Notes: generated by a model not told the origin, from the sequence alone. A DNA stretch of 64,000 bases from Eledone cirrhosa (GCA_964016885.1 OZ024741.1:109120001-109184000), one strand, 5' to 3'. Shown: positions 11,920 through 23,549, numbered from the stretch's first letter. Program-made: numbers and translations.

Positions 11920-14016
11920 ATGGCTACGAAAAAGAATTTTCATAGGTCACTCCCACTCATTCCGTCTTCTTCTTCCTCAATCATCACTACAGCAGAGAGA
12001 AGATTGTCTCTCTCCCTCCCTTCTTTAAATGTGTCTCTCTCCCTCCCTTCTCTTTCGCAAGCGACGACAGAAAAGAAAAGTCTCGTGCAAAGCGTGCAAG
12101 ATTTCTCCACGACGACGACGACAACGACGAAACAGGTGTGCGGGAAATACGAAAACCCAGTTCATTCGTCTGACGTCAGGAATAATAGCAGTAGCAGCCG
12201 TAATAACAACAGCAACAGTGACAATGAAAACAACAGTAGCAGCCGCAACAGCATCACCAGCAGCATAAACAACAACAGCATTAGCAGCAGCAACACCAAC
12301 AACAACCACAGCAACAGCGGCGGAGGCAGTAGTCGTAGTACCTGCAGCAACAACAAAAGTACCAGCAGCTCTGACGACAACAACAACAGCAGAGAAAAAC
12401 CAATCTCATTTGCAGGTATTGCGAAAAACTTGGAAACAATCCTCATAACAAATGAGGAATTAGAGGAAGCGAAGAAGATGGTGACAAAGAACGGACACCG
12501 AGCAATCTGCAAGGCAGCGGAAAATTTTTTCGAAACCCAAGAGCACTGTACGGTCACGTACCGTACAGTAAGTACAAAATCCCGTAGGGTGGAAAGAGCC
12601 ACAGAGGCCCAGATACAAAAAGCCTTGGGGTCTGTGTGGCAGCGGAAAACGCACATCACCCGAGGCAAAAAATATGCCACCGTAGACGTACTTTTTGCCA
12701 CACCCCAGGAGGCAAAGGCCCAATCAGTAGTGACCCTAAGGAGCGAGGAAATGGTGTTGGTGCCCTCCTACTGTGGGCAAAAAATTGTGAGGGTCAAACT
12801 GACCCACGTCCCCCCCGGAATGACCCCTTCTTGGCTGGCCGCGTCTGTCCTCGTCGGAATCGAGGACAAAACAACTGTACTGCAAGTACAGAAAAAAGTA
12901 AGAGAAGATTGGGTCGGCTCCTCCATTGAGATGCTAATCCAAACCAACCAGGAGTGCATCGAAGCTATCCCGGATGTGATAGACTTCGATAACGGCACTC
13001 AACTGCCCATAAGTGTTGAGGGCAAACGCCCGAAATGCTTTCGCTGTGGATCGAAGACTCACCTCAGGGCCTTCTGCAACGAGAAGACCCTGAGAAAGGA
13101 GAAAACCCCCCTCCTTCCGAATCCGGCTCCACGGCTACCAGCAACAGGACAAGCGGCAACCAGGAACGATAGATCCGTGGCACCCATACCCACTCCACGG
13201 AAATCAAAAACAGCAGCAGCAGTGGAAATACTAACAACAACAACAGCAATACCAAATGCAGCTGCAACAGAGACTCCAGTGCAAACGTCACCAACAACAA
13301 CAAGTGAAAGAGTGGAGCTGGTACCCCTCCCCGACCTCACAGAATCAGACATGGAGTGTGAGGTGGGAGAGAGATGGCAAAAGGTCGTAAGAAGGCACAA
13401 ACGCAGAAACAGCGCATCGTCGCCTTTGAAAAGGGAGGAAAGAAATGAGAAAAGGGTAAAGTCTACTGCAAAGAGACCCACAGCAGCAACAACACCAACA
13501 CCATCACCACCCACACTAGCGCCACCATCACCACCGGCGACAACCCCACCGCCAACAACACCTTCAACACCACCACCACAAGCACCAACATCGCAAACAC
13601 AACAACAAAACACACACACCCAGCAACAACGACAAGAAAATAGCAGAACCACACCCCACCCCCAGAAAAACAAATGCACGGCAATAAATACACACAACAA
13701 GAAACTAATGACTTACATAATTGAACACACAGACATTTCACAACAGGACTACATAATACCAGCACCAATCAAAACGCCAACTAACATAAGACTGCTAAAA
13801 ATAGCACAGAAACAATACACAAATATTAAAACGAAATTCCCCAACGCAGTTGGTGATTTCAGGGACCTAGGAGGAACCATCAATCGAAGAGTATACTCAG
13901 ACATTCTCTTAGAAGAGCCGACGACCAGCCGAAGGGACGATTCAACGGTCCCTTCACCAGACGATCAAGTGAAAAGGGATGTAAAATACACCCCTCCTCT
14001 ACCAAAAGTACGGTAA
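11920..14016 (+). CDS. LINE ORF1 nucleic-acid-binding protein (698 aa from first ATG)
   Basis: Open frame with a CX2CX4HX4C knuckle (CFRCGSKTHLRAFC) and S/N-rich and P/T-rich low-complexity regions. The track start at 11884 is a TTG. Confidence 0.9.
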   Translation: MATKKNFHRSLPLIPSSSSSIITTAERRLSLSLPSLNVSLSLPSLSQATTEKKSLVQSVQDFSTTTTTTTKQVCGKYENPVHSSDVRNNSSSSRNNNSNSDNENNSSSRNSITSSINNNSISSSNTNNNHSNSGGGSSRSTCSNNKSTSSSDDNNNSREKPISFAGIAKNLETILITNEELEEAKKMVTKNGHRAICKAAENFFETQEHCTVTYRTVSTKSRRVERATEAQIQKALGSVWQRKTHITRGKKYATVDVLFATPQEAKAQSVVTLRSEEMVLVPSYCGQKIVRVKLTHVPPGMTPSWLAASVLVGIEDKTTVLQVQKKVREDWVGSSIEMLIQTNQECIEAIPDVIDFDNGTQLPISVEGKRPKCFRCGSKTHLRAFCNEKTLRKEKTPLLPNPAPRLPATGQAATRNDRSVAPIPTPRKSKTAAAVEILTTTTAIPNAAATETPVQTSPTTTSERVELVPLPDLTESDMECEVGERWQKVVRRHKRRNSASSPLKREERNEKRVKSTAKRPTAATTPTPSPPTLAPPSPPATTPPPTTPSTPPPQAPTSQTQQQNTHTQQQRQENSRTTPHPQKNKCTAINTHNKKLMTYIIEHTDISQQDYIIPAPIKTPTNIRLLKIAQKQYTNIKTKFPNAVGDFRDLGGTINRRVYSDILLEEPTTSRRDDSTVPSPDDQVKRDVKYTPPLPKVR

Positions 14017-14051
14017 GTGGTCTTTCCCATCATTTCCACTCTATTTTAAAC

Positions 14052-17000
14052 ATGACCTCACTCAGAATAGGCAGCATAAATGCGCGTGGCTTGGGGTCGT
14101 CATGGAAGCAGGGACACCTGCTCAACGACCTCAGGTCACTAAACATAGATGTAGTGGCCATCAGCGAGACCAGAATCTCCGAAGCACGGGCCTTCGCACC
14201 GATCTTCGGCGGCTACGATGTGTACGCATCTCCCAGCCGTCCTGGATCCGGTGGAGGAGTTGCTGTACTTTTTCGGAGAGGTTTGGATCTCGCCATACGG
14301 GCCATCTTCCTGGACCCAGAGGGTAAGCTGGTGGTGCTGGACGTGACCAGCGGAGACGGGCAAGCTTTCAGGCTAGTGGCCGTCTATGCCCCGACAGGAG
14401 CAGGGCGGCCTGATTTCTTCCGGCGTCTGGAGACCTTTCTTGGAACGTCCCGCTCTTTAGTGTTAGTGGGCGACTGGAACGGGATCTTAGATGCACGCTG
14501 GGACTGTGTGGGATTAGCGGATAGGGGTGGAGGGTGCAAGAGCCTCACCAACCTGCTCAGGCGTTTTGAACTGTCTGACAGGTACCGATTGGATTTCCCG
14601 AATGTGCCAATGTGGACTTGGACAAACCGCATAGGGTCATCCAGATCATATCTAGATAGAGTATTTTGTAGGGAAATAGATAGGTCTAGCATAGGCTGTC
14701 CACAATTCAAGATAGTCAGCTACACAGACCACAAATTCGTGACCTGTGTGCTTGACTTAGATAGGCTTCATAGACGAGGACCCGGCTACTGGAAGCTAAA
14801 CGCGTCCTTACCAGCGCGCAAGGCCTACAGAGACCGGATTAGCGAACTAGTTAAGCGGGCGTTGACGGGGGCCATCGTCAACAACAAGTGGTGGTTTGCT
14901 CTGAAAAGAGCGATTAGAATAGAATCGATTAGGTTTAGTAAGGCTTTAGCAATAGAGAAAAATAGAGCAGAGGGAGAACTAGTTAGAAAATTAGACGAGG
15001 CGCTTAGCAAAGGCATTGCGACCGACGTGCTTGCGGCGAAATTGGCCCTTGACCAATTCTTCAATGCAAAGCACGAAGGCTGCGTTGTCAGAGCTAGGGT
15101 GCGTGCTCTCAGACACGAGGGGACGAAAGCCGTTCAATGGGCCCGAGTGGCGGAGGCGCGTCGTGGCAACAAAGCCACGATCCGGTCTTTGGTGGACCAC
15201 GACGGGCGCATGCTACTCGATCCCGGGCAAATGTGTGAAGCTTTTCAGCGACACTTCGCTCAGCTGTTCGGGGGCAGCGGGGGGCCGGGTAGAGGGATGG
15301 ACTTTAGTGTCTACCTCGACGGGCTGCCGCGGCTCTCGGCCACTGAGGCGAGGTGTTGCGAAAAGCCGATAACAGCCGCTGAAGTACGGGAGGCAATGAC
15401 TGGCTGCACAAGGGGTAAATCGCCTGGTTTGGATGGTCTGCCCTATGAACTTTACGTACAGATGCCAGACTTGTTCGGAGGCCTCTTGGCGGACGTCTAC
15501 TGCAACTGGCAACAGAACGGGAGAATTCCCAGTTCTGTGAGCCGAGGAGCGGTGGCACTGCTGAGAAAGGATCCGAACAAGGGGGATAACATAGACAATT
15601 TCCGGCCCATAACTCTGCTAAACACAGAGTTTAAGATTTTGGCCAAGGTGCTAGCAAAGAGGTTGGCGCTTGTCGTTGGTGGTCTGGTGGGAGAGGCGCA
15701 GACATGCGCCATTCCCGACAGATCCATCCACGACAACCTCCACCTCATGCGATACATCGTAGAGAGGGTAGCTAGGGAACCTGGCACGGGTGGGTCCTTG
15801 ATCAATTTAGATCAGTCGAAAGCTTTCGATAGGGTCGACCATCGTTACCTAGCGGCAGTCCTGAGGGCGGCTGGCTTTGGGCCCGTCTTCAGAGGCTGGA
15901 TCGCTGCCATGCACAGCGACATCTGCTCTGTGGTGAGAGTGAACGGTCACCTGTCGGAACCGTTCAACATCATGCGCTCGGTCCGCCAAGGATGTCCCCT
16001 CTCGTCCCTCTTGTACGTATTGACTCTCGAGCCATTACTGCACAAACTGGAGACGTTGAGGGGAGTCCCGCGCGAACTAGGATGCGGAAGATCCGTGTCA
16101 GCATATGCGGACGATGTCACCGTAGTGGTGTCGAACGCCAAACACATCGAGGCGATCGGCACTACACTAAGAGAATACGAAGCGGTGACAGGAGCAATGA
16201 TCAACCAGGAAAAGTCAGTGGGCCTGCAGCTCGGCACCTGGAGAGGCAGGTCCATGCCGTCCAACAGCGTCGTCGGGCGCTGGACGGACGGACCGGTTAA
16301 ATTGCTAGGGGTCTGGTTCGGTCCGGACCTCCAGACGGACAAAAACTGGGACGAGGTGACGAGCAGGGTGGCTTCTCTCACCCAGAAATGGGCGGAGAGG
16401 AAGCTATCCCTGAAAGGTCGAGCGGAGGTGGCTAACGCGTACATCGCGTCTGTAATCTGCTACCGCCTAACCGTCGTACCTTGTCCTAAGCCTCGCCTGA
16501 CTGCGCTGGAGCGTTTGCTCTTTCGCTTTTTGTGGAAGGGACGTGCTCCGATGGTCAGGCGGTCCATCTGTTGTCAACACCCGCTACGTGGAGGGCTGGG
16601 CATGCCGTGGCTGATGATGCGCAGGCACGCGCTCAGGCTACGACATCTCCACCTCTTCCTCGACGGTGATCAGGTGTGGTCGCCGTTTGCTAGACGCGTT
16701 TTTCCCCAGCTCGTTTCCTTGACGGAGCTGCAGTCCTGGGTCAAGCGAAGACCGAGAGGGAGCGCCTGGAGACTGGAATGTCTTCAGGCGCTCACAGCCC
16801 TCGACCAATCGGGCAATGTGATCGGTGGAAACTCCACCTCGGCGTTCTATAGAGGATTAGTGGAGGGGAAGAGCGACGACGTACTTGGGGAAACTCTAGG
16901 CGTCGACGAAAATCAACTAGCCAATCTCTTCGGAAGAACTTTCGGGCCAGGGCCTATGGACAACTTCCAGAAATCTCTGGCCTGGCAGTGCTACCGAGGA

Positions 17001-17471
17001 GCCTTGCCAGTTCGGGATAAACTCTACAGGCATGGAGGTGCCGTCAGCCGGGCATGTCCGAGATGCGCGCAGGGCGACGAAACCGTCCTGCACGCACTCG
17101 TCCAGTGTCCGAAAATTGCTGACTTGTGGGTTTATGTCGAACACCTGCTGTCGCGTTTAGGACGGATCCAGCTATCATCTGAGTCCATCGTGAGGATTGC
17201 CCCGCCCTCCTCCTTTAGCCGGGAAGGGCAGGCAGTTTTTATCTGTCTGGTGGCCATGGCGAAAGAGATAGTATGGTGGACACGTTTGAAAGGGCTGAAG
17301 ACGAGCACTTACCTCTTCGGTGATGCTCTGATTGACTTTTTCAAATTTCATTTGAAAAGGAAAATCAGAGTAGAGAGGGAAGTGCTCTCTTCCCAGCATT
17401 TTGTTGAAAGATGGGTGAGAGAAGCAAGAATGGCCCGAGTGAATGGGCCGACTCTGAGTATATATCTGTAA
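14052..17471 (+). CDS. LINE ORF2: APE endonuclease, reverse transcriptase, C-terminal zinc finger (1139 aa)
   Basis: SINARGL, ISET, VYAP, VGDWN, SYLDR, YTDH (APE); GYWKLN; KSPGLDG, FRPITLLN, LDQSKAFDRV, RQGCPLS, AYADD (RT); CPRC...ETVLHALVQC. Confidence 0.97.
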   Translation: MTSLRIGSINARGLGSSWKQGHLLNDLRSLNIDVVAISETRISEARAFAPIFGGYDVYASPSRPGSGGGVAVLFRRGLDLAIRAIFLDPEGKLVVLDVTSGDGQAFRLVAVYAPTGAGRPDFFRRLETFLGTSRSLVLVGDWNGILDARWDCVGLADRGGGCKSLTNLLRRFELSDRYRLDFPNVPMWTWTNRIGSSRSYLDRVFCREIDRSSIGCPQFKIVSYTDHKFVTCVLDLDRLHRRGPGYWKLNASLPARKAYRDRISELVKRALTGAIVNNKWWFALKRAIRIESIRFSKALAIEKNRAEGELVRKLDEALSKGIATDVLAAKLALDQFFNAKHEGCVVRARVRALRHEGTKAVQWARVAEARRGNKATIRSLVDHDGRMLLDPGQMCEAFQRHFAQLFGGSGGPGRGMDFSVYLDGLPRLSATEARCCEKPITAAEVREAMTGCTRGKSPGLDGLPYELYVQMPDLFGGLLADVYCNWQQNGRIPSSVSRGAVALLRKDPNKGDNIDNFRPITLLNTEFKILAKVLAKRLALVVGGLVGEAQTCAIPDRSIHDNLHLMRYIVERVAREPGTGGSLINLDQSKAFDRVDHRYLAAVLRAAGFGPVFRGWIAAMHSDICSVVRVNGHLSEPFNIMRSVRQGCPLSSLLYVLTLEPLLHKLETLRGVPRELGCGRSVSAYADDVTVVVSNAKHIEAIGTTLREYEAVTGAMINQEKSVGLQLGTWRGRSMPSNSVVGRWTDGPVKLLGVWFGPDLQTDKNWDEVTSRVASLTQKWAERKLSLKGRAEVANAYIASVICYRLTVVPCPKPRLTALERLLFRFLWKGRAPMVRRSICCQHPLRGGLGMPWLMMRRHALRLRHLHLFLDGDQVWSPFARRVFPQLVSLTELQSWVKRRPRGSAWRLECLQALTALDQSGNVIGGNSTSAFYRGLVEGKSDDVLGETLGVDENQLANLFGRTFGPGPMDNFQKSLAWQCYRGALPVRDKLYRHGGAVSRACPRCAQGDETVLHALVQCPKIADLWVYVEHLLSRLGRIQLSSESIVRIAPPSSFSREGQAVFICLVAMAKEIVWWTRLKGLKTSTYLFGDALIDFFKFHLKRKIRVEREVLSSQHFVERWVREARMARVNGPTLSIYL

Positions 17472-17731
17472 ACTAAAGGTGGAAAACTGGGAGAGGGCAC
17501 TTGCCTTGGTGGTCAGGGTCATTGTGGCATTTTACTGGGCTTTCTCCACAAATGTCCCTCCGAAGTCTCCCCCCTATTGGGGAATTTTTCATTGTTATTT
17601 TCATTGTTATTTTTGTTACATCCTCTGTTTTTGTTTTTTTACACGCAGAAATGCCCATTTGTACCGTCCTGCATTGTCCTGCACTGTCCTTAATGTCTAC
17701 TTTATGTAAACCCTTGTGGTTAATAAAGAAA

Positions 17732-17733
<2 letters not shown>

Positions 17734-17781
<48 letters not shown>
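17734..17781. repeat. (ATT)16 spacer between the tandem LINE copies
   Basis: Direct reading. Confidence 0.95.
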
Positions 17782-17997
17782 GAATGCTATGGTTGACGGA
17801 GGCTCGGCTCTGTAAGGTATTGTAAATTTTGAACGCTATAACAATTGTAAATTGTTTAAAACTTTAACGAACTTGTAGACAAAAACACCCCCCTCCTCGT
17901 GAGAGGGGTCTTTCTGTCCGTTATTTGGCCCTTCAGGGTTAAATAACTGCTTATTGGGGTTTTGTGCCCAATATTTATTTTAAACAAAAAAAACAAC

Positions 17998-20094
17998 ATG
18001 GCTACGAAAAAGAATTTTCATAGGTCACTCCCACTCATTCCGTCTTCTTCTTCCTCAATCATCACTACAGCAGAGAGAAGATTGTCTCTCTCCCTCCCTT
18101 CTTTAAATGTGTCTCTCTCCCTCCCTTCTCTTTCGCAAGCGACGACAGAAAAGAAAAGTCTCGTGCAAAGCGTGCAAGATTTCTCCACGACGACGACGAC
18201 AACGACGAAACAGGTGTGCGGGAAATACGAAAACCCAGTTCATTCGTCTGACGTCAGGAATAATAGCAGTAGCAGCCGTAATAACAACAGCAACAGTGAC
18301 AATGAAAACAACAGTAGCAGCCGCAACAGCATCACCAGCAGCATAAACAACAACAGCATTAGCAGCAGCAACACCAACAACAACCACAGCAACAGCGGCG
18401 GAGGCAGTAGTCGTAGTACCTGCAGCAACAACAAAAGTACCAGCAGCTCTGACGACAACAACAACAGCAGAGAAAAACCAATCTCATTTGCAGGTATTGC
18501 GAAAAACTTGGAAACAATCCTCATAACAAATGAGGAATTAGAGGAAGCGAAGAAGATGGTGACAAAGAACGGACACCGAGCAATCTGCAAGGCAGCGGAA
18601 AATTTTTTCGAAACCCAAGAGCACTGTACGGTCACGTACCGTACAGTAAGTACAAAATCCCGTAGGGTGGAAAGAGCCACAGAGGCCCAGATACAAAAAG
18701 CCTTGGGGTCTGTGTGGCAGCGGAAAACGCACATCACCCGAGGCAAAAAATATGCCACCGTAGACGTACTTTTTGCCACACCCCAGGAGGCAAAGGCCCA
18801 ATCAGTAGTGACCCTAAGGAGCGAGGAAATGGTGTTGGTGCCCTCCTACTGTGGGCAAAAAATTGTGAGGGTCAAACTGACCCACGTCCCCCCCGGAATG
18901 ACCCCTTCTTGGCTGGCCGCGTCTGTCCTCGTCGGAATCGAGGACAAAACAACTGTACTGCAAGTACAGAAAAAAGTAAGAGAAGATTGGGTCGGCTCCT
19001 CCATTGAGATGCTAATCCAAACCAACCAGGAGTGCATCGAAGCTATCCCGGATGTGATAGACTTCGATAACGGCACTCAACTGCCCATAAGTGTTGAGGG
19101 CAAACGCCCGAAATGCTTTCGCTGTGGATCGAAGACTCACCTCAGGGCCTTCTGCAACGAGAAGACCCTGAGAAAGGAGAAAACCCCCCTCCTTCCGAAT
19201 CCGGCTCCACGGCTACCAGCAACAGGACAAGCGGCAACCAGGAACGATAGATCCGTGGCACCCATACCCACTCCACGGAAATCAAAAACAGCAGCAGCAG
19301 TGGAAATACTAACAACAACAACAGCAATACCAAATGCAGCTGCAACAGAGACTCCAGTGCAAACGTCACCAACAACAACAAGTGAAAGAGTGGAGCTGGT
19401 ACCCCTCCCCGACCTCACAGAATCAGACATGGAGTGTGAGGTGGGAGAGAGATGGCAAAAGGTCGTAAGAAGGCACAAACGCAGAAACAGCGCATCGTCG
19501 CCTTTGAAAAGGGAGGAAAGAAATGAGAAAAGGGTAAAGTCTACTGCAAAGAGACCCACAGCAGCAACAACACCAACACCATCACCACCCACACTAGCGC
19601 CACCATCACCACCGGCGACAACCCCACCGCCAACAACACCTTCAACACCACCACCACAAGCACCAACATCGCAAACACAACAACAAAACACACACACCCA
19701 GCAACAACGACAAGAAAATAGCAGAACCACACCCCACCCCCAGAAAAACAAATGCACGGCAATAAATACACACAACAAGAAACTAATGACTTACATAATT
19801 GAACACACAGACATTTCACAACAGGACTACATAATACCAGCACCAATCAAAACGCCAACTAACATAAGACTGCTAAAAATAGCACAGAAACAATACACAA
19901 ATATTAAAACGAAATTCCCCAACGCAGTTGGTGATTTCAGGGACCTAGGAGGAACCATCAATCGAAGAGTATACTCAGACATTCTCTTAGAAGAGCCGAC
20001 GACCAGCCGAAGGGACGATTCAACGGTCCCTTCACCAGACGATCAAGTGAAAAGGGATGTAAAATACACCCCTCCTCTACCAAAAGTACGGTAA
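17998..20094 (+). CDS. LINE ORF1 (copy 2)
   Basis: Translation identical to copy 1 ORF1. Confidence 0.9.
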   Translation: MATKKNFHRSLPLIPSSSSSIITTAERRLSLSLPSLNVSLSLPSLSQATTEKKSLVQSVQDFSTTTTTTTKQVCGKYENPVHSSDVRNNSSSSRNNNSNSDNENNSSSRNSITSSINNNSISSSNTNNNHSNSGGGSSRSTCSNNKSTSSSDDNNNSREKPISFAGIAKNLETILITNEELEEAKKMVTKNGHRAICKAAENFFETQEHCTVTYRTVSTKSRRVERATEAQIQKALGSVWQRKTHITRGKKYATVDVLFATPQEAKAQSVVTLRSEEMVLVPSYCGQKIVRVKLTHVPPGMTPSWLAASVLVGIEDKTTVLQVQKKVREDWVGSSIEMLIQTNQECIEAIPDVIDFDNGTQLPISVEGKRPKCFRCGSKTHLRAFCNEKTLRKEKTPLLPNPAPRLPATGQAATRNDRSVAPIPTPRKSKTAAAVEILTTTTAIPNAAATETPVQTSPTTTSERVELVPLPDLTESDMECEVGERWQKVVRRHKRRNSASSPLKREERNEKRVKSTAKRPTAATTPTPSPPTLAPPSPPATTPPPTTPSTPPPQAPTSQTQQQNTHTQQQRQENSRTTPHPQKNKCTAINTHNKKLMTYIIEHTDISQQDYIIPAPIKTPTNIRLLKIAQKQYTNIKTKFPNAVGDFRDLGGTINRRVYSDILLEEPTTSRRDDSTVPSPDDQVKRDVKYTPPLPKVR

Positions 20095-20129
20095 GTGGTC
20101 TTTCCCATCATTTCCACTCTATTTTAAAC

Positions 20130-23100
20130 ATGACCTCACTCAGAATAGGCAGCATAAATGCGCGTGGCTTGGGGTCGTCATGGAAGCAGGGACACCTGCT
20201 CAACGACCTCAGGTCACTAAACATAGATGTAGTGGCCATCAGCGAGACCAGAATCTCCGAAGCACGGGCCTTCGCACCGATCTTCGGCGGCTACGATGTG
20301 TACGCATCTCCCAGCCGTCCTGGATCCGGTGGAGGAGTTGCTGTACTTTTTCGGAGAGGTTTGGATCTCGCCATACGGGCCATCTTCCTGGACCCAGAGG
20401 GTAAGCTGGTGGTGCTGGACGTGACCAGCGGAGACGGGCAAGCTTTCAGGCTAGTGGCCGTCTATGCCCCGACAGGAGCAGGGCGGCCTGATTTCTTCCG
20501 GCGTCTGGAGACCTTTCTTGGAACGTCCCGCTCTTTAGTGTTAGTGGGCGACTGGAACGGGATCTTAGATGCACGCTTGGACTGTGTGGGATTAGCGGAT
20601 AGGGGTGGAGGGTGCAAGAGCCTCACCAACCTGCTCAGGCGTTTTGAACTGTCTGACAGGTACCGATTGGATTTCCCGAATGTGCCAATGTGGACTTGGA
20701 CAAACCGTATAGGGTCATCCAGATCATATCTAGATAGAGTATTTTGTAGGGAAATAGATAGGTCTAGCATAGGCTGTCCACAATTCAAGATAGTCAGCTA
20801 CACGGACCACAAATTCGTGATCTGTGTGCTTGACTTAGATAGGCTTCATAGACGAGGACCCGGCTACTTGAAGCTAAACGCGTCCTTACCAGCGCGCAAG
20901 GCCTACAGAGACCGGATTAGCCACCTAGTTAAGCGGGCGTTGACGGGGGCCATCGTCAACAACAAGTGGTGGTTTGCTCTGAAAAGAGCGATTAGAATAG
21001 AATCGATTAGGTTTAGTAAGGCTTTAGCAATAGAGAAAAATAGAGCAGAGGGAGAACTAGTTAGAAAATTAGACGAGGCGCTTAGCAAAGGCATTGCGAC
21101 CGACGTGCTTGCGGCGAAATTGGCCCTTGACCAATTCTTCAATGCAAAGCACGAAGGCTGCGTTGTCAGAGCAAGGGTGCGTGCTCTCAGACACGAGGGG
21201 ACGAAAGCCGTTCAATGGGCCCGAGTGGCGGAGGCGCGTCGTGGCAACAAAGCCACGATCCGGTCTTTGGTGGACCACGACGGGCGCATGCTACTCGATC
21301 CCGGGCAAATGTGTGAAGCTTTTCAGCGACACTTCGCTCAGCTGTTCGGGGGCAGCGGGGGGCCGGGTAGAGGGATGGACTTTAGTGTCTACCTCGACGG
21401 ACTGCCGCGGCTCTCGGCCACTGAGGCGAAGTGTTGCGAAAAGCCGATAACAGCCGCTGAAGTAAGGGAGGCAATGACTGGCTGCACAAGGGGTAAATCG
21501 CCTGGTTTGGATGGTCTGCCCTATGAACTTTACGTACAGATGCCAGACTTGTTCGGAGGCGTCTTGGCGGACGTCTACTGCAACTGGCAACAGAACGGGA
21601 GAATTCCCAGTTCTGTGAGCCGAGGAGCGGTGGCACTGCTGAGAAAGGATCCGAACAAGGGGGATAACATAGACAATTTCCGGCCCATAACACTGCTAAA
21701 CACAGAGTTTAAGATTTTGGCCAAGGTGCTAGCAAAGAGGTTGGCGCTTGTCGTTGGTGGTCTGGTGGGAGAGGCGCAGACATGCGCCATTCCCGACAGA
21801 TCCATCCACGACAACCTCCACCTCATGCGATACATCGTAGAGAGCGTAGCTAGGGAACCTGGCATGGGTGGGTCCTTGATCAATTTAGATCAGTCGAAAG
21901 CTTTCGATAGGGTCGACCATCGTTACCTAGCGGCAGTCCTGAGGGCGGCTGGCTTTGGGCCCGTCTTCAGAGGCTGGATCGCTGCCATGCACAGCGACAT
22001 CTGCTCTGTGGTGAGAGTGAACGGTCACCTGTCGGAACCGTTCAACATCATGCGCTCGGTCCGCCAAGGATGTCCCCTCTCGTCCCTCTTGTACGTATTG
22101 ACTCTCGAGCCATTACTGCACAAACTGGATACGTTGAGGGGAGTCCCGCGCGAACTAGGATGCGGAAGATCCGTGTCAGCATATGCGGACGATGTCACCG
22201 TAGTGGTGTCGAACGCCAAACACATCGAGGCGATCGGCACTACACTAAGAGAATACGAAGCGGTGACAGGAGCAATGATCAACCAGGAAAAGTCAGTGGG
22301 CCTGCAGCTCGGCACCTGGAGAGGCAGGTCCATGCCGTCCAACAGCGTCGTCGGACGCTGGACGGACGGACCGGTTAAATTGCTAGGGGTCTGGTTCGGT
22401 CCGGACCTCCAGACGGACAAAAACTGGGACGAGGTGACGAGCAGGGTGGCTTCTCTAACCCAGAAATGGGCGGAGAGGAAGCTATCCCTGAAAGGTCGAA
22501 CGGAGGTGGCTAACGCGTACATCGCGTCTGTCATCTGCTACCGCCTGACCGTCGTACCTTGTCCTAAGCCTCGCCTGACTGCGCTGGAGCGTTTGCTCTT
22601 TCGCTTTTTGTGGAAGGGACGTGCTCCGATGGTCAGGCGGTCCATCTGTTGTCAACACCCGCTACGTGGAGGGCTGGGCATGCCGTGGCTGATGATGCGC
22701 AGGCACGCGCTCAGGCTACGACATCTCCACCTCTTCCTCGACGGTGATCAGGTGTGGTCGCCGTTTGCTAGGCGCGTATTTCCCCAGCTCGTTTCCTTGA
22801 CGGAGCTGCAGTCCTGGGTCAAGCGAAGACCGAGAGGGAGCGCCTGGAGACTGGAATGTCTTCAGGCGCTCACAGCCCTCGACCAATCAGGCAATGTGAT
22901 CGGTGGAAACTCCACCTCGGCGTTCTATAGAGGATTAGTGGAGGGTAAGAGCGACGACGTACTTGGGGAAACTCTAGGCGTCGACGAAAATCAACTAGCC
23001 AATCTCTTCGGAAGAACTTTCGGGCCGGGGCCTATGGAGAACTTCCAGAAATCTCTGGCCTGGCAGTGCTACCGAGGAGCCTTGCCAGTTCGGGATAAAC

Positions 23101-23549
23101 TCTACAGGCATGGAGGTGCCGTCAGCCGGGCATGTCCGAGATGCGCGCAGGGCGACGAAACCGTCCTGCACGCACTCGTCCAGTGTCCGAAAATTGCTGA
23201 CTTGTGGGTTTATGTCGAACACCTGCTGTCGCGTTTAGGACGGATCCGGCTATCATCTGAGTCCATCGTGAGGATTGCCCCGCCCTCCTCCTTTAGCCGG
23301 GAAGGGCAGGCAGTTTTTATCTGTCTGGTGGCCATGGCGAAAGAGATAGTATGGTGGACACGTTTGAAAGGGCTGAAGACGAGCACTTACCTCTTCGGTG
23401 ATGCTCTGATTTACTTTTTTAAATTTCATTTGAAAAGGAAAATCAGAGTAGAGAGGGAAATTCTCTATTCCCAGCATTTTGTTGAAAGATGGGCGAGAGA
23501 AGCAAGAATGGCCCGAGTGAATGGGCCTACTCTGAGTATATATCTGTAA
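20130..23549 (+). CDS. LINE ORF2 APE-RT (copy 2)
   Basis: 1139 aa with the same motifs; about 16 residue differences from copy 1, including GYWKLN to GYLKLN. Confidence 0.97.
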   Translation: MTSLRIGSINARGLGSSWKQGHLLNDLRSLNIDVVAISETRISEARAFAPIFGGYDVYASPSRPGSGGGVAVLFRRGLDLAIRAIFLDPEGKLVVLDVTSGDGQAFRLVAVYAPTGAGRPDFFRRLETFLGTSRSLVLVGDWNGILDARLDCVGLADRGGGCKSLTNLLRRFELSDRYRLDFPNVPMWTWTNRIGSSRSYLDRVFCREIDRSSIGCPQFKIVSYTDHKFVICVLDLDRLHRRGPGYLKLNASLPARKAYRDRISHLVKRALTGAIVNNKWWFALKRAIRIESIRFSKALAIEKNRAEGELVRKLDEALSKGIATDVLAAKLALDQFFNAKHEGCVVRARVRALRHEGTKAVQWARVAEARRGNKATIRSLVDHDGRMLLDPGQMCEAFQRHFAQLFGGSGGPGRGMDFSVYLDGLPRLSATEAKCCEKPITAAEVREAMTGCTRGKSPGLDGLPYELYVQMPDLFGGVLADVYCNWQQNGRIPSSVSRGAVALLRKDPNKGDNIDNFRPITLLNTEFKILAKVLAKRLALVVGGLVGEAQTCAIPDRSIHDNLHLMRYIVESVAREPGMGGSLINLDQSKAFDRVDHRYLAAVLRAAGFGPVFRGWIAAMHSDICSVVRVNGHLSEPFNIMRSVRQGCPLSSLLYVLTLEPLLHKLDTLRGVPRELGCGRSVSAYADDVTVVVSNAKHIEAIGTTLREYEAVTGAMINQEKSVGLQLGTWRGRSMPSNSVVGRWTDGPVKLLGVWFGPDLQTDKNWDEVTSRVASLTQKWAERKLSLKGRTEVANAYIASVICYRLTVVPCPKPRLTALERLLFRFLWKGRAPMVRRSICCQHPLRGGLGMPWLMMRRHALRLRHLHLFLDGDQVWSPFARRVFPQLVSLTELQSWVKRRPRGSAWRLECLQALTALDQSGNVIGGNSTSAFYRGLVEGKSDDVLGETLGVDENQLANLFGRTFGPGPMENFQKSLAWQCYRGALPVRDKLYRHGGAVSRACPRCAQGDETVLHALVQCPKIADLWVYVEHLLSRLGRIRLSSESIVRIAPPSSFSREGQAVFICLVAMAKEIVWWTRLKGLKTSTYLFGDALIYFFKFHLKRKIRVEREILYSQHFVERWAREARMARVNGPTLSIYL

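Larger units (their letters stand above)
11704..17733 (+). mobile_element. Full-length L1-clade (Tx1-like) non-LTR retrotransposon, copy 1
   Basis: 5' UTR, ORF1 with zinc knuckle, ORF2 APE-RT-CCHC, 3' UTR with AATAAA at 17722-17727, (ATT)n on both sides. Confidence 0.95.
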